A stretch of DNA of 61,389 nucleotides, counting the filler, from Pirum gemmata (lineage: Eukaryota): assembly GCA_002812295.1 (NCBI GenBank). It is 18 parts of 18 records of this genome, joined end to end, with 100 filler letters (N's around TTAATTAATTAA, not from the genome) between each part and the next. Parts side by side here need not be neighbours in the genome. Positions count along the whole stretch, not along the records: positions 6,512 to 10,541 come from PDIN01003352.1; positions 10,642 to 13,740 come from PDIN01003353.1; positions 13,841 to 16,842 come from PDIN01003354.1; positions 16,943 to 20,081 come from PDIN01003355.1; positions 20,182 to 23,343 come from PDIN01003356.1; 13 more parts are not named here. The stretch is one strand, 5' to 3'. The stretch's first letter is position 1; each line of letters begins with the position of its first letter. Position numbers and translations under genes: made by a program. The notes below the pieces were generated by a model that ran no database searches, was not told the DNA's origin, and worked only from the letters and a program-made list of their open reading frames with translations. Positions 10,383 to 23,228 of this stretch are shown piece by piece.

Positions 10383-13044
10383 CTAGTATTGAATAGAGGG
10401 GAATATACGATACCAAAGTCAGATAAAAAGCAACTTCCAAGTAATTATGGAAAAACGATGAAATTTATTGTCAACTAAGATGTAAAAAAAAAATAGTTTA
10501 TGTATTATATATATATATATTTATATATATATAACAAAAGANNNNNNNNNNNNNNNNNNNNNNNNNNNNNNNNNNNNNNNNNNNNTTAATTAATTAANNN
10601 NNNNNNNNNNNNNNNNNNNNNNNNNNNNNNNNNNNNNNNNNTATTATTATTATTATTATTATTGTTAAAAATCACTACTTTACTTATCAACTCTTATTAT
10701 AAAAAACGGTGGCGAAAAAACTTTCAAAAAAGATCCAGAAAAATATATAAATAGCCAATAAATAATCACCAAACGGCTTGAAATTTGTTGATGCTTTTTT
10801 TAGCCTTTTTTTATCTTTCTAAGGAAGGCTACAGTACGTACCAGGGCTACAGTACGGATACATTGGCTAGTAGCGTTGGATAGAAAAAAAACACAAAAAG
10901 TACCAATTTACCTGGTAAGTTTTATAAAATGTATCTAAATAATTTTTTTTAAAATTTAAAACAGTATTTTTGGGAATTGTTAGTTTTTTGTTCTTTGCAA
11001 ATTATTTCGGTTCTTTGGTTCACGCTGGGGTTTTATCTAGGGGATTTTATAGTGATTTTATGCTGCATTTCAACCAATTACAAAAGTAAAATCGTAATAG
11101 TGGTAATCTATTGGATAATTCATCGTATAGAAAAATTCCTCTTACCCAACATCGTTCTAGTATTGTCTTAGTATGGTCCTCTACTGTCCTCTAGCAACAA
11201 CGTTTCGGTGTTATATCGTCATAGCAAAAGTTTTTTTCCCTGAGATCTTTTCAACCTCTCCTCTAGAATCTCTACTACATAATATAACTCCATACAGCTA
11301 CAGTCCTATATGTATTATATGACATGGAATTATAGATATTTGATGATAAACTGACATTATTATATTATATGGAACCAGATTTGGGTCAAACTGGTTTCAA
11401 TCAGCTTCCCCCTAAACTAACCAGTATAACATATCATAGTTTACAAGTGATCGATAGAACTACCAGTTAGAGCTACTAGCTAGACTAGTCGAAGCATACA
11501 TAACCCTGATTATAACCCTACCTAACCCTAAGGCCCAACCCCTAACCCCTAACCCTAACCCTAACCCTAACCCTGACCCTGACCCTGACCCCTAACCTAA
11601 CCTGATTCTAGTGTAAACAAATTATTATTTCTAATGATCATTTATTATTGGAAATGTTAGACAAATTTGACGCTACTGTTGTGCAAAAAACCGATGTTTT
11701 AATAATGTACAATAAATTAACTAATAAATCCGCGTTATTAAATCGGTCGAGACCACAAAGTAATGCTGCCGGGTTAGTTTAACATAAGAAAAATATCCCA
11801 CTGTCAGTTTTTACTATGAAATTAAAGTTGGTTTATCCTAGTTAACAATAATATATAGTATGTAGTATTGTATGTGTATATGTTTATAGTAGAAGTATAC
11901 GTATTGGTAGTAGAAGCTATATAATATATACGTATACGTAGTAGTATATATATTATACATATTGGTAGTAGTAGTACTAGCAAGTAGTAGTAGTACTACT
12001 ACTAGCTATAGTTAGTAGCTATAGTAGCTTTAGTAGTATCATACTATAGCAGTAGTAGCAGCTGTAGTAGTTTAAATAGTAGTAGTAGCTATAGTATTAA
12101 TTAGTAGCTATATGTAGTGGTAGTAGTAATAGTATTAGTAGTAGTAGTAATAGCTAGCTATAGTAATAATATTAAAAATAATAATAGTATTATAGCAGTA
12201 CTAGTATACGTAACAGTAGCAGTAGTAGTAGCGGTAGTAGTAGTAGTAGTAGTAGCTGTAGTAGTAGTAGTATTAGCTGTAGTAGTACTAATACTAGTAG
12301 TATTAATAGTGATAATAATTATTATAATATTATAATATATTAATTTATTAATATTAATAAATATTAATTGTATTAATATTAGCAGAAGTATTATTAGTAG
12401 CAGAAGTGTACTACTATATTATACGTATTAGCGCTAGCAGGTACTACTTAGCTTTATATATATTTAAGTTTAAAAGTAATAGTTATAATACCTACTATGC
12501 ATTATCATAGCATTATCATATTATATAGTTAGCTTTTTTTTTTTTTTTTCTTATTTAAAATATATAATAGTTTAACTAGAAAGAGAAAAAAGTAAGAAAA
12601 AAATGTCAGTATGCATTTATAGCTATTAATATAGGTTACAGTTTAGTTTATAATATTTATAATATTATATGGCTGGCTCAGGTTTTTTTGTTACAATTAT
12701 ATACGATATTAATATATAGCTAGAGCTACTAGAGCTTTATAGGGACTTCGTTGCACGTTTTTTGAAAAATCATTAAATTTTGGTTCTATTTGGGCAAGCT
12801 GTTGATCAAGTGTTATATAATTAGCGTTTGGTTTTGAGTTTGCTTTCCTTGTGTTTGGTTGAAGGCGGGATGGGATGACTACCAGAGATTCAACCTGTTG
12901 AAAATTTATTAATACATAGTAATAGTATAGTAATCTTTAGAAGATATGTATTAATATAGTAGTACAGTTGTAGCTACAGTTGTACTCTACTAGCTAGTAG
13001 CAGAAAGGATACAACGAGTTATACATTATACAACGGTCAAAGAA

Positions 13045-13740
13045 ATGTTCCCAGCACAGAAACAATGGTATGCTAAAGTTAGGTTTCCGTCTTATGACAA
13101 CAAAGCTAAAGAGTTGCATACCAAAATGATCAAAGAAACCAATCCATCATTAACAACAACAATATCATCATCGTCAGTATCAACAACATTAGCATCAGCA
13201 ACAGCATCATCATCACAATCAACATTAACAACATCAGCAACAATACCACCACCATCGATATCATCATCATTAACGTTAGTATTGCCAACATCAACACTAA
13301 CACTAACACCAACATCAGCATCAACATCAACACCAACATCAACGTTAACATCAAAGTTAAATCAACATCAACATCAACATCAACATCAACATCAACATCA
13401 ACATCAACACATCAATATCAATATCAACATCAACAACTACGAATGTACATTGGCAAGGGTTAGGGTTAGGGTTAGGGTTGGGTTAGGGTTAGGGTTAGGG
13501 TTAGACCCAGATAGGGCAGTTAATGGTTGTTTTATAAACTTTAATTTAAATTATAAGCTTAAGCATGGCATGAATCAGGAATTTGATAAAATTTCTTACT
13601 TTTACACTACGTTTCCTATGTCTTATTTACCAACAATTGTTGATTTGACAAATAAGAATTTCACAGTCCGAATTAATAAGTCCATATTTTTAAATACAAT
13701 GACCAAGTTGATCGCCATAACAGAAGACGCCAAGACACTT
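13045..13740 (+). pseudogene. Possible piggyBac-like transposase remnant interrupted by microsatellite and telomeric insertions
   Basis: SYFYTTFPMSYLPTIVDLTNKNF..I.KSIFL resembles the start of the piggyBac DDE_Tnp_1_7 domain (F..FFP...L..IV..TN); truncated by the contig end. Confidence 0.35.
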
Positions 13741-15082
13741 NNNNNNNNNNNNNNNNNNNNNNNNNNNNNNNNNNNNNNNNNNNNTTAATTAATTAANNNN
13801 NNNNNNNNNNNNNNNNNNNNNNNNNNNNNNNNNNNNNNNNTTATGATTATATGATTATGATTATGATTATATGATTATGATTATGATTATGATTATGATT
13901 ATGATTATGATTATCATAAAAATACAGTAGCCTCTCAATCTTTAATTTGGTACTATTTAATTGTATAATTGAACTTTTTTATAAAATACAACATTACTTA
14001 TAAAATACCAATTTAATTAAAACATGCCCGATAGTTTAACCATTGGTACGTTTATTTCAGTTTTTGAACTGAACAACACTATTGAAAAACACGATAGTTT
14101 ACACAGGTGTAAACTAGTCTAGTCTACTCTATCGTGCTTTTCAGTTATTTTGTCGTCATAAAATATACAATAAATAGTACCAAATTAATACAATATAAAT
14201 CCATTTAATTTAATTTGGTATATTTTATTATCTATATNATATTATAACCTACCAAATAAATATTTAGAGTGATATAATAAATGAAAAGTATATTAGTTAG
14301 TAGTAAGATAGTATGATACTTAGTGGTTTTGTCGGGAGTGTTTCCAATAATACGTCACGTCAAGGGGTAGGTAGGTAGGTGGTGTTTGACCGGAAATTAA
14401 CGTCGAGGGGTAGGTAGGTAGGTAGGGATATTTGAAGCTGTATTTGACTGGAAATTGGCGGTACTCAGTACTCTCCCTTCTTTCATCATAAACTATCATA
14501 ATCATATCGATAACATTCGTCCATAACCTAGCTAGTCTAGCTAGCTAGCTATCAAACTAGACTACTAGCTAGTAGTTTTCTTTTAGTTAAAACCCTTTTA
14601 AACCTAACCCAGGTAACCCTAACCTAACCCCTAACCCCTAACCTTTAACCCTTAATCCAGCCCCGAACCCAACCCTACTAACCCTATTAACCCTAACCCT
14701 AGGGTTAGGGTTAGGGTTAGGGTTAGGGTTAGGGTTAGGGTTAGGGTTAGGGTTAGGGTTAGGGTTAGGGTTAGGGTTAGGGTTAGGGTAAAATAACTCC
14801 TAACTCCTAACTCCTAATAACCACTAACCCTAACCACCACCACCACCACCACCACACTACCTACTACTACCACCACCACCACCATCACCACCACCACCAC
14901 CTACTACTACTACCACCACCACCACTACCTACTACTACTACTACTACTACCACTACTACTACTACCTACTACTACTACTACTACTACCATATACTACTGC
15001 TACTACTACTGCTACTACTACCACTACTATAGCTACTACTACCTACTACTGCTACTACTACTGCTACTACTACTACTACTAT

Positions 15083-15146
<64 letters not shown>

Positions 15147-15361
15147 NNNNNNNNNNNNNNNNNNNNNNNNNNNNNNNNNNNNNNNNNNNNNNNNNNNNNN
15201 NNNNNNNNNNNNNNNNNNNNNNNNNNNNNNNNNNNNNNNNNNNNNNNNNNNNNNNNNNNNNNNNNNNNNNNNNNNNNNNNNNNNNNNNNNNTAGTCTACT
15301 ACTACTACCTACTACTACTACTACCACTACTACTACTACTACCACCACTACTACTACCACC

Positions 15362-15395
<34 letters not shown>

Positions 15396-16220
15396 TTACT
15401 ACACTACTACTACTACTACTACTTTATAAACAATGATAATAATAATAATTACTCAATAACATTAAATACATCGTGAAGAGTCTTCAGAAGAGATAGATAG
15501 ATGATGATGCATCATGCTTTTCAGTTATTTTGTCATAATAGAATACGCAGTAATAAATACCAAATTAAAATTATATCAAATTTATTTGATACAATTTAAT
15601 TAACTTGGCGTGTTTTAATAATTTATATTTCAATTTAAAAAACTAGACTACACTTAGACTACCATAAAAATGGCGACATCCAAAAATCTCAAAATGATGC
15701 AATTTTAATACAAGTACTACCAAATTTTAAGAAATTTTTAAAGTAATAAACCTCTATTATGAACCAATGGCTACTTTTTAAAAATAATTTGGCTAGTTAG
15801 CATCATGGTTTTTAGAAAAGCAGTTGTCACTTTTTACTACCGCCACCCATACCACTAAGCTATTAAAAAGTTTTATAGTCTACGATACAAATTTTTTAGC
15901 AATTTACTACTAGCGAAGGAGGGGTGACACCTATAAGAGTACTATAAGTAAATGACCCTTAAATTGGCAATAATTCCGCAACGCACAGCATTGGCGGCTT
16001 CCCAATTTAGTAAGTTGTACGTAGTCGCAGCAGAAAATGAAAAAGGGGTATCAGTGTCACCCTTCCTGTACTAAGCAATAATTTTCAAGACTTTTTTTTT
16101 TTTTTTTTTTAAATAATTTTAAAGTTTTTAAAGGTAGCAATTTTTTAACCTTATTTGGGCATAATCCCACCCGTGTTGCGGGATTGTTGCGGGCCCATTA
16201 AATTACGAACGGTAACGAAC

Positions 16221-16461
16221 CAGAGTTGCCCAACCAGTCAAATTCTCTCGCCCACGCCCGGCCGCCCATAAATTTTTTAGGCCCAAGCCCGGCCGCCCAT
16301 TTACATGTAAAAATTATAGACTAACCACTAACCTCTAAAAAATCTTATGGGCGAGCTTGGAGACCCAGAAAAAAAGGTCGCCCGCCCGAAAGCCCATGAC
16401 TCCTAGCCCGGGCTCAATACTCGCCCGCGGGTCCCCGACCCACGCGCCCAGGACGACTCTG
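16221..16461. mobile_element. GC-rich non-autonomous TIR element with repeated GCCCG/CGCCC subterminal motifs
   Basis: Ends CAGAGTTGCCC / GGACGACTCTG; GC island in very AT-rich DNA; no clean TSD. Confidence 0.55.
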
Positions 16462-16942
16462 TAATAATACGAACTGATCAAAGTTACTAAATATGGGAAT
16501 AAAATGTACTGGAATGTTCTCTAGTCCAATAATAGCTTTTAATTAAATTTTTTTAAAATCGCCGATCTAGATATATTAGCTATAATATTATCAATTTATC
16601 ATAGCCATAATAATATTATACTAAAGACTAGTATACCAGTAGATAATAAACTACCCAATTATTAATATGGTTAAACTATCGGGCATGTTTTAATTAATTT
16701 GGTATGTTATACTTAATATTGTGTTTTATAAAAAGGTTCAATTATACAATTAAATGGTACTAAATTATTTATGAAAGGCCTAGACTATCAAAACTCATTA
16801 TTATATTATCAAAAAAAAAAAAAAAAATTATAAAAATTTTGANNNNNNNNNNNNNNNNNNNNNNNNNNNNNNNNNNNNNNNNNNNNTTAATTAATTAANN
16901 NNNNNNNNNNNNNNNNNNNNNNNNNNNNNNNNNNNNNNNNNN

Positions 16943-16974
<32 letters not shown>

Positions 16975-19409
16975 CCATGTTTTTTAAAAAAAATACTAGC
17001 TAGAGCTAGCTAGCAGAGCTCTCTCCTAGCTAGTAGCTATAATAGATAGTTTTTTACTAGTACCTAGCGAGGGTATAATAGATAGTTTTTTACTAGTAGC
17101 TAGCGAGGGTCTTCTAGCTATAGATCTCCATTAATAAGTGTTAAAATTTATTTATAAATAGACTCCTCTGAGTCTCCTTGAGTCCCATAGACTAGTCTAC
17201 TGCCCCATGTCAGTCTCTTTGACCCAAAAACAACATCGAAAGTGACTAAATTTAGTGTAAAATCTTATAAATTTGGCGAATTTTAAATAAGGGCTATAAA
17301 TAAAAGCGCTTCAAAAAGACTTTTTTTTATTATTTTATTATTTTTCGAAGCGTGATTGAGCCAGACCAAACAACACATTCAACACAACGCTAATATTATA
17401 ATCTTCACCAATCTGGAGTCGTTAAAAACGGGTTTGAAGTGCAAAAAGAAAAAAAATCACAAGTTTGTCGCTTCTTGAAAGTCTCGAGTAGTAGCTAGTA
17501 GGCTCTCTCAGTCTACTATCGATAACTAAGTCTACTAAAAGTAAGGGTCTCGACTCTCTATCATAGTAGCTAGTAGCTAGCTAGTAGTAGTAGGCTCTCA
17601 CAGTCTACTATTAGTATGATAAGGGTAGGACTACTACTAACTAGCTAGACTACCTGGTGGACTATTACAGTAGACTAGCTACCAGTAGCTAGCTAGCTAG
17701 TAGCGAGACCTATCACCTAGACTATAATTACATACTAGCTAGAGCTAGCTAGCTAGCTAGCAAGCTGTTTGGGGTTTGTCACCAGTGTAGTTTGTCACCA
17801 TAACCCAATATAAATAAATAAATCCGTTTCATTTTATTTGGTATATTTTATTATCTATTTATTCATTTAAAAATGTCAATTTAAAGGTTATAGACTAATC
17901 CGTTTCATTTTATTTGGTATATTTTATTATCTATTATTCATTTAAAAATGTCAATTTAAAGGTTATAATACACCAAATAAATATTCAGATGACAAAATAA
18001 ATGAAAAGCGAAGTATTGTATAGTGCTTTTTTGTCATTATAAAGTATACAATAAATAGTACCAAATTAATATAATATAAATTCATTTAATCTAATTTGGT
18101 ATATTTTGTTAACTGTATATTGATTTTTAAAATTGTTAATTTAAAGATTATAACCCTCCAAATAAATCAAATAAATATTCGGAGTGACAAAATAAATGAA
18201 ATGCACAATAGACCCTAGCTAGCTAGACCCCCCTCTAGCTACTGGTAGTCTCTTAAAGATTATAACCCTCCAAATAAATCAAATAAATATTCGGAATTTC
18301 GGAGTGACAAAATAAATGAAATGCACGATAGACCCTAGCCCCCATCTAGCTACTCGTAGTCTCTAGCCTCTAGCTAGTGGCCACCCTGGCCCACCCATGT
18401 AGAGTGAAGCTAGCTGATTAGTAACCAGCTAAAGCGACACCAATCAAAAACAAGTAACAAAAAAAAAAGATGTGAAAAAGAAAAAAAAGGAAAAAAGAAA
18501 AAGATTTTTTTTTAAAAAAAAAAATTTTTTTTAAAAAAAATAATAATAATAATATGATAAATTGACTATAAATTGATAATAATAATAATAATTGACACTT
18601 CCCATTTTCCTGGGGTTCTTGTAATTGCTTCTTTCTATGATAATATATATGCATTAAGTGTCTATATTAACATGTACGTTTTACTTGTTTTATAGTGTTA
18701 ATATATCTGATAATAATTGTGTAAATGTTTATTACTATTTATTTTATTATTATTATTTTCTTTTTCTTCGACGCAGAAGAAACAACCTTTTAAATTTGAA
18801 CACAGGCAAACTTGTAAAAATAGCTGGCTCTCTCTCCTACATCAAAAAATTATTATTATAAGTAGGCCTGGGTCTATAGACTAATTCCCAATAGACTATA
18901 GACAACAACTCCAACAACATCCATATAACAACAACTTTAATTAACGTCATAATATTTGGAACAAAATTTGAAAACCAATATTTCTACAACAAAAGAACAA
19001 TACAATAATTGCTAATCATAGACTACATATTTTGGTATAATTATGAAAAGTACAACAAGTTAAAACCGAACGATATTATCAAATCATTAACTATTATTAA
19101 TTAATATCAGATAAAAACAAGTCAACGAACTCCAACTAGACCCTAGCTAGCATTATATGATATATACATACTATGATAAAATTAAAACTATATCGATATC
19201 AGATATATATGATATATACATACTATGATAAAATTTTAAAAAACTATATCGATATCAGATATAGATAATATTAGATATAACTGCAACCTATCCTCTTTTT
19301 TTAGGCAACCTATCATACTTACTTCTCCTGTAATATTATATAAGCTAGCTAGCCTACTAATAGATTATATATCCAGATTATTTATATGTCAAATTATATC
19401 TACTACCAG

Positions 19410-19443
<34 letters not shown>

Positions 19444-20311
19444 TTTTCTTTTTTNAATTCAAAATTCTAGAAAATAACAAATATATAGTAAATATATCAT
19501 GTTTTTTATTACTATATGTCGATCGAGCTTCAATAACTTATAAATTAACTTTTGTTATATTGTGCTTTGTATTTATTTTGTCACTCCAAATATTTATTTG
19601 GGTGGTTATAATATTTAAATTGATGCATTTAAGTAAATAATTATATAATAAAATATACCAAATTAAATGAAATGGATTTATATTGTATTAATTTGGTACT
19701 CTTTTTTGTATATTTTATAATGACAAAACAACTGAAAAGCACGATAATTTGTATCCATATCAATTATAAACTGATATGATAATATGATCTAGCTAGCTAC
19801 TACTACTAGCTAGCTATTAGCTAGCTACTACTACTAGCTAGCTAGCTAGCTATTTCTCTAATTTCTAATAAATATCTGATTGCTTGTAGCTAGCCAGAGC
19901 TAGACATACTATGATAGCTAGCTACTAGCTACACTAGCTAGAGAAATAATTATATATCTCTGATATAATATATCTATACCTATACTATATCTATATCTAT
20001 AGATATCTATACATTTTTTTTTAAAAATTTTTATTATTATTTCATAAAAGAATGGAAAAAAAAAAAAAAAAAAAAAAAAAANNNNNNNNNNNNNNNNNNN
20101 NNNNNNNNNNNNNNNNNNNNNNNNNTTAATTAATTAANNNNNNNNNNNNNNNNNNNNNNNNNNNNNNNNNNNNNNNNNNNNTAATAATAATAATAATAAT
20201 AATAATGTTGACAGATAATTATTTAAATTAAATTATTTTATTTTAAAATAGAAAGTTGTTTAGTTATGTATTTATTTTACCGAGAAAGTTTTAAAAAAAA
20301 TTGTGTAGAAA

Positions 20312-22942
20312 TCAAGGAGAAGTATTTAATTCACTATCAGTGACACAATTTTCACTCTGTACATCTGCTATAGGGCTAGGTCTTTTAGTGAAGCTTAAAG
20401 AACGGGTAGACGGTGGATTAGAAGGCGATCCTTCGGTATTTTCGGAAGAATAAGAAAATGATGAAGGCCGTCTCGTGGAATCCTCCCCTGTAGTAAAAAG
20501 CTGACAATTATCTGTGACTACACCAGTCATTTGTTCTTTAGTTTTTTCATTTGTTTTAGGAACATCATCACCATTTGTCCACAAATTTTTCCATAGCGCG
20601 TACAAATAAACAGTGTAAAGCTGCACAAGGCTCACTAAACCAACTACAAAAACACCAAACACCAAAAAGAATATCCTATTATATTTAACCATACGAGCAC
20701 CTGATCCAATAACTAAGTAAAACAAAAAGACAGTTTGGACGACTCGAGTGGCGAAAAATAATACAAGACCCAGCCTAGCTAAAATTTTAGCACGATAAGT
20801 CAACACTCTGTTTTTATATTTTGACCAAAACAATAAAAAAAACAGTCCAAATTCAAACAAAGAAAAATAATCAAAAATAATGCCAATTTTTAAAGTGAAA
20901 ACGTCTTTGGCAGCTAGAGCTATAAATAAGGTTGCAAACCAAATGGTGTGATGTAATAATAAAAACCATTTTAATTCAGTTTTTTTTCTTAAAGCCACAT
21001 CCACCAAGTAAATACCAGCATGAGTCATTGTCATATAAGAGATGCCAAAAAACACTTCGCGACTTACTTCTTCGAAACGGGAAGAAAAAAACCATTTGTA
21101 CGCAGCGTAAGAATAATAAGGTACTTGTAAAGTATACACGATTCCTGTTATTAAGTAATGAGTCATTACTTTGGCATCTTTTCTCTCACGGTACAAGAAA
21201 GCTTCGAAAGTATAAGTGCCAACTGTATAGGCTAATATCATTGTCAAAAAAGCGGACATAGTGGCAATAAAAAAAAGATAAAACTCATCAAAATTTAAAG
21301 CAAAATCCCATAAATCATCAAAACCACAATAATCAAGTAAATTTTCGAAACGTAGCTCACTTTCAGCAGGTGGTGCAACAGCGTTGATTTGGCGTGTAAC
21401 ACGGCTAAACGGAGTATTATCTTGTACGCTAATACCATGTCTACCTAGTAAATCAACCAATACAAAGGTACTTTCATCTACCAATTCAAGACCACGTTTT
21501 GTTAAAAATTCTTCTGTGTATAAAGAAGTGTCCTTATAACAACTTAAACTATGAACATTAGAAGCAATTTCGTGAATAATAATAGATCTGCGTACTGGAT
21601 CTACTGGGGATTGCTCACCCGAAATTGTAGCTCTACGATCAGATAATGCACCTTGACCTAATAGCATACCGACATGCAAATCCAAATCATCTACAGATTC
21701 ATATAAATTATTCAAACTAGCGGCAACCTCTTCAGTAACTCCCAAATTTTCAAATGATTCTAGTCTATCATAACCATAAAACTCGGCAAAATCATTATAT
21801 GAAGCCAAATTATTCGCCCTTGCATCAGCAATTTGTTGTACCGTAATTTGACTTAGAAAACCAGGAATGTTACGTCCAAATAAAGCACCAGATGGGGTTT
21901 GATACCAAGCATCAAAATGTTCTTGCTTGGTAAAATTTTCGTAACCAGCTGGTCTTCGAAAAATATCCCTAGCCAAAGAAAAGTTTTGATTATCGTTATA
22001 ATACAAATTATCAGGAATAGCTTGGTGAAAAGTATAAGCGTGGGTGTAGTCCATGTTGTAAGTAGTCGGTATGTTGACCAAAGGACTAAAACAGCTGCCC
22101 GAATTAAAATGAAGTCGAGAACTTAAGCCCAAGAAATGATCACTAGCATAACTTTCTAGAACTAATCTGGCATTTATTTGCATTAAAATGATTCGAGTTT
22201 TGGTAAATAATTCTTGATCAGTAAAGGTAACGTTATCCTTGGCAGCAGCACTAATTAATTCGTCACAAATTCTATTATGTTCTAAATTATAAATAGTAGT
22301 CCAGAAGACATTGCCCCAATGATTATTAATAGAATCGTAACCACCAACAAAAACTTCAAACCGTTCTGTTGCATTGTACCCGTTCGCCAGTTGTTCTTCC
22401 AAACTTACGTCACTCCACATTAAGGCTACAGTTTCATTTTGAGCACTGGTTGATGTTCTCATTTTCCCATCAACCCCACTTCTTAACAACATTTGTCTTT
22501 GGTTGTCACGACCATAAACCTGTGCTAAATTGGCTAAACGGTCACTTTCACTAGCCATTTGAGTTCCATTCGTACCCGGTTTTGAGTTAAGAGTATCAGA
22601 AAAATAAAAAGAAACAAAAGAAACAAAATTGAAATTTCCTCCTAAAATGTCATCTCGAAGAAATTCCTGTCTGACTAATGTTTGTTCAACAACATCTTCA
22701 ATTTTAGGTAAATTTTTTCTAGCTTGTTCTTCACGTTTGGTGCTATCACCTACGGCTGTAGTAAAATTCATAGAACTTTCTCCCCCCAAAGATGTAATAA
22801 AACTGTCTCCATTCAAAACCTTTATTTAACAAAGAATACAAAATTAGTTTTATTTTAAACATTATAAAAATAGAAATACCTACGTTATTGTTATTATTAA
22901 ATAAATACGATAAATACAATAATAATAATAATTATAATAATG

Positions 22943-22975
<33 letters not shown>

Positions 22976-23228
22976 TAAACTGCTAATGATGACTTACAGC
23001 TGAAAGAGGATTTGAATTTCTCTCTATTATTTCATTCAAATTTGAAATTACATAATCAAAAGCGAAATCTATTGTATCAGTACGGTATTCGCCATTGCTG
23101 AAATCACCAATTAGATCAAAAAAAGTATCAAATAATATGGCAACATTTCGTTCATTTCTTTGTGCTTGGCATTGTTTAATTGAAAAACAACTTATTATAA
23201 GTAATAAAAGATTAAGTAATGTATTCAT
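20312..23228 (-). CDS. Secretory-pathway cyclooxygenase/alpha-dioxygenase-like heme domain fused to a C-terminal TLC-like multi-TM domain; exons 23228..22998 and 22819..20312 (~912 aa)
   Basis: Exon 1 encodes a signal peptide and ends GCT|GTAAGT; it joins in phase 0 to AAG|GTT. COX-like blocks: LPKIEDVVEQTLVRQEF, NLAQVYG..RQMLLRSGVDGKM, TIYNLEHNRICDEL..TDQELFTKTRIIL, AYTFHQAIPD, LASYNDF..LESFENL..LNNLYESVDDLDLHVGML. The TM part has YLVD..LLLHH..FE..FFATR. Confidence 0.85.

Noticed and set aside
14320..14505. Recurrent peptide PTYPSTLISGQ.PPTYLPLDVTYY in ORFs at 14320, 23979 and 41835
   Set aside because: It is a translation of MITE family C, not a protein family.
18988..19075. Similarity to 37101-37185 (another dispersed repeat)
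   Set aside because: The similarity is real, but no termini, TSD or coding signal could be defined, so it was left unclassified.
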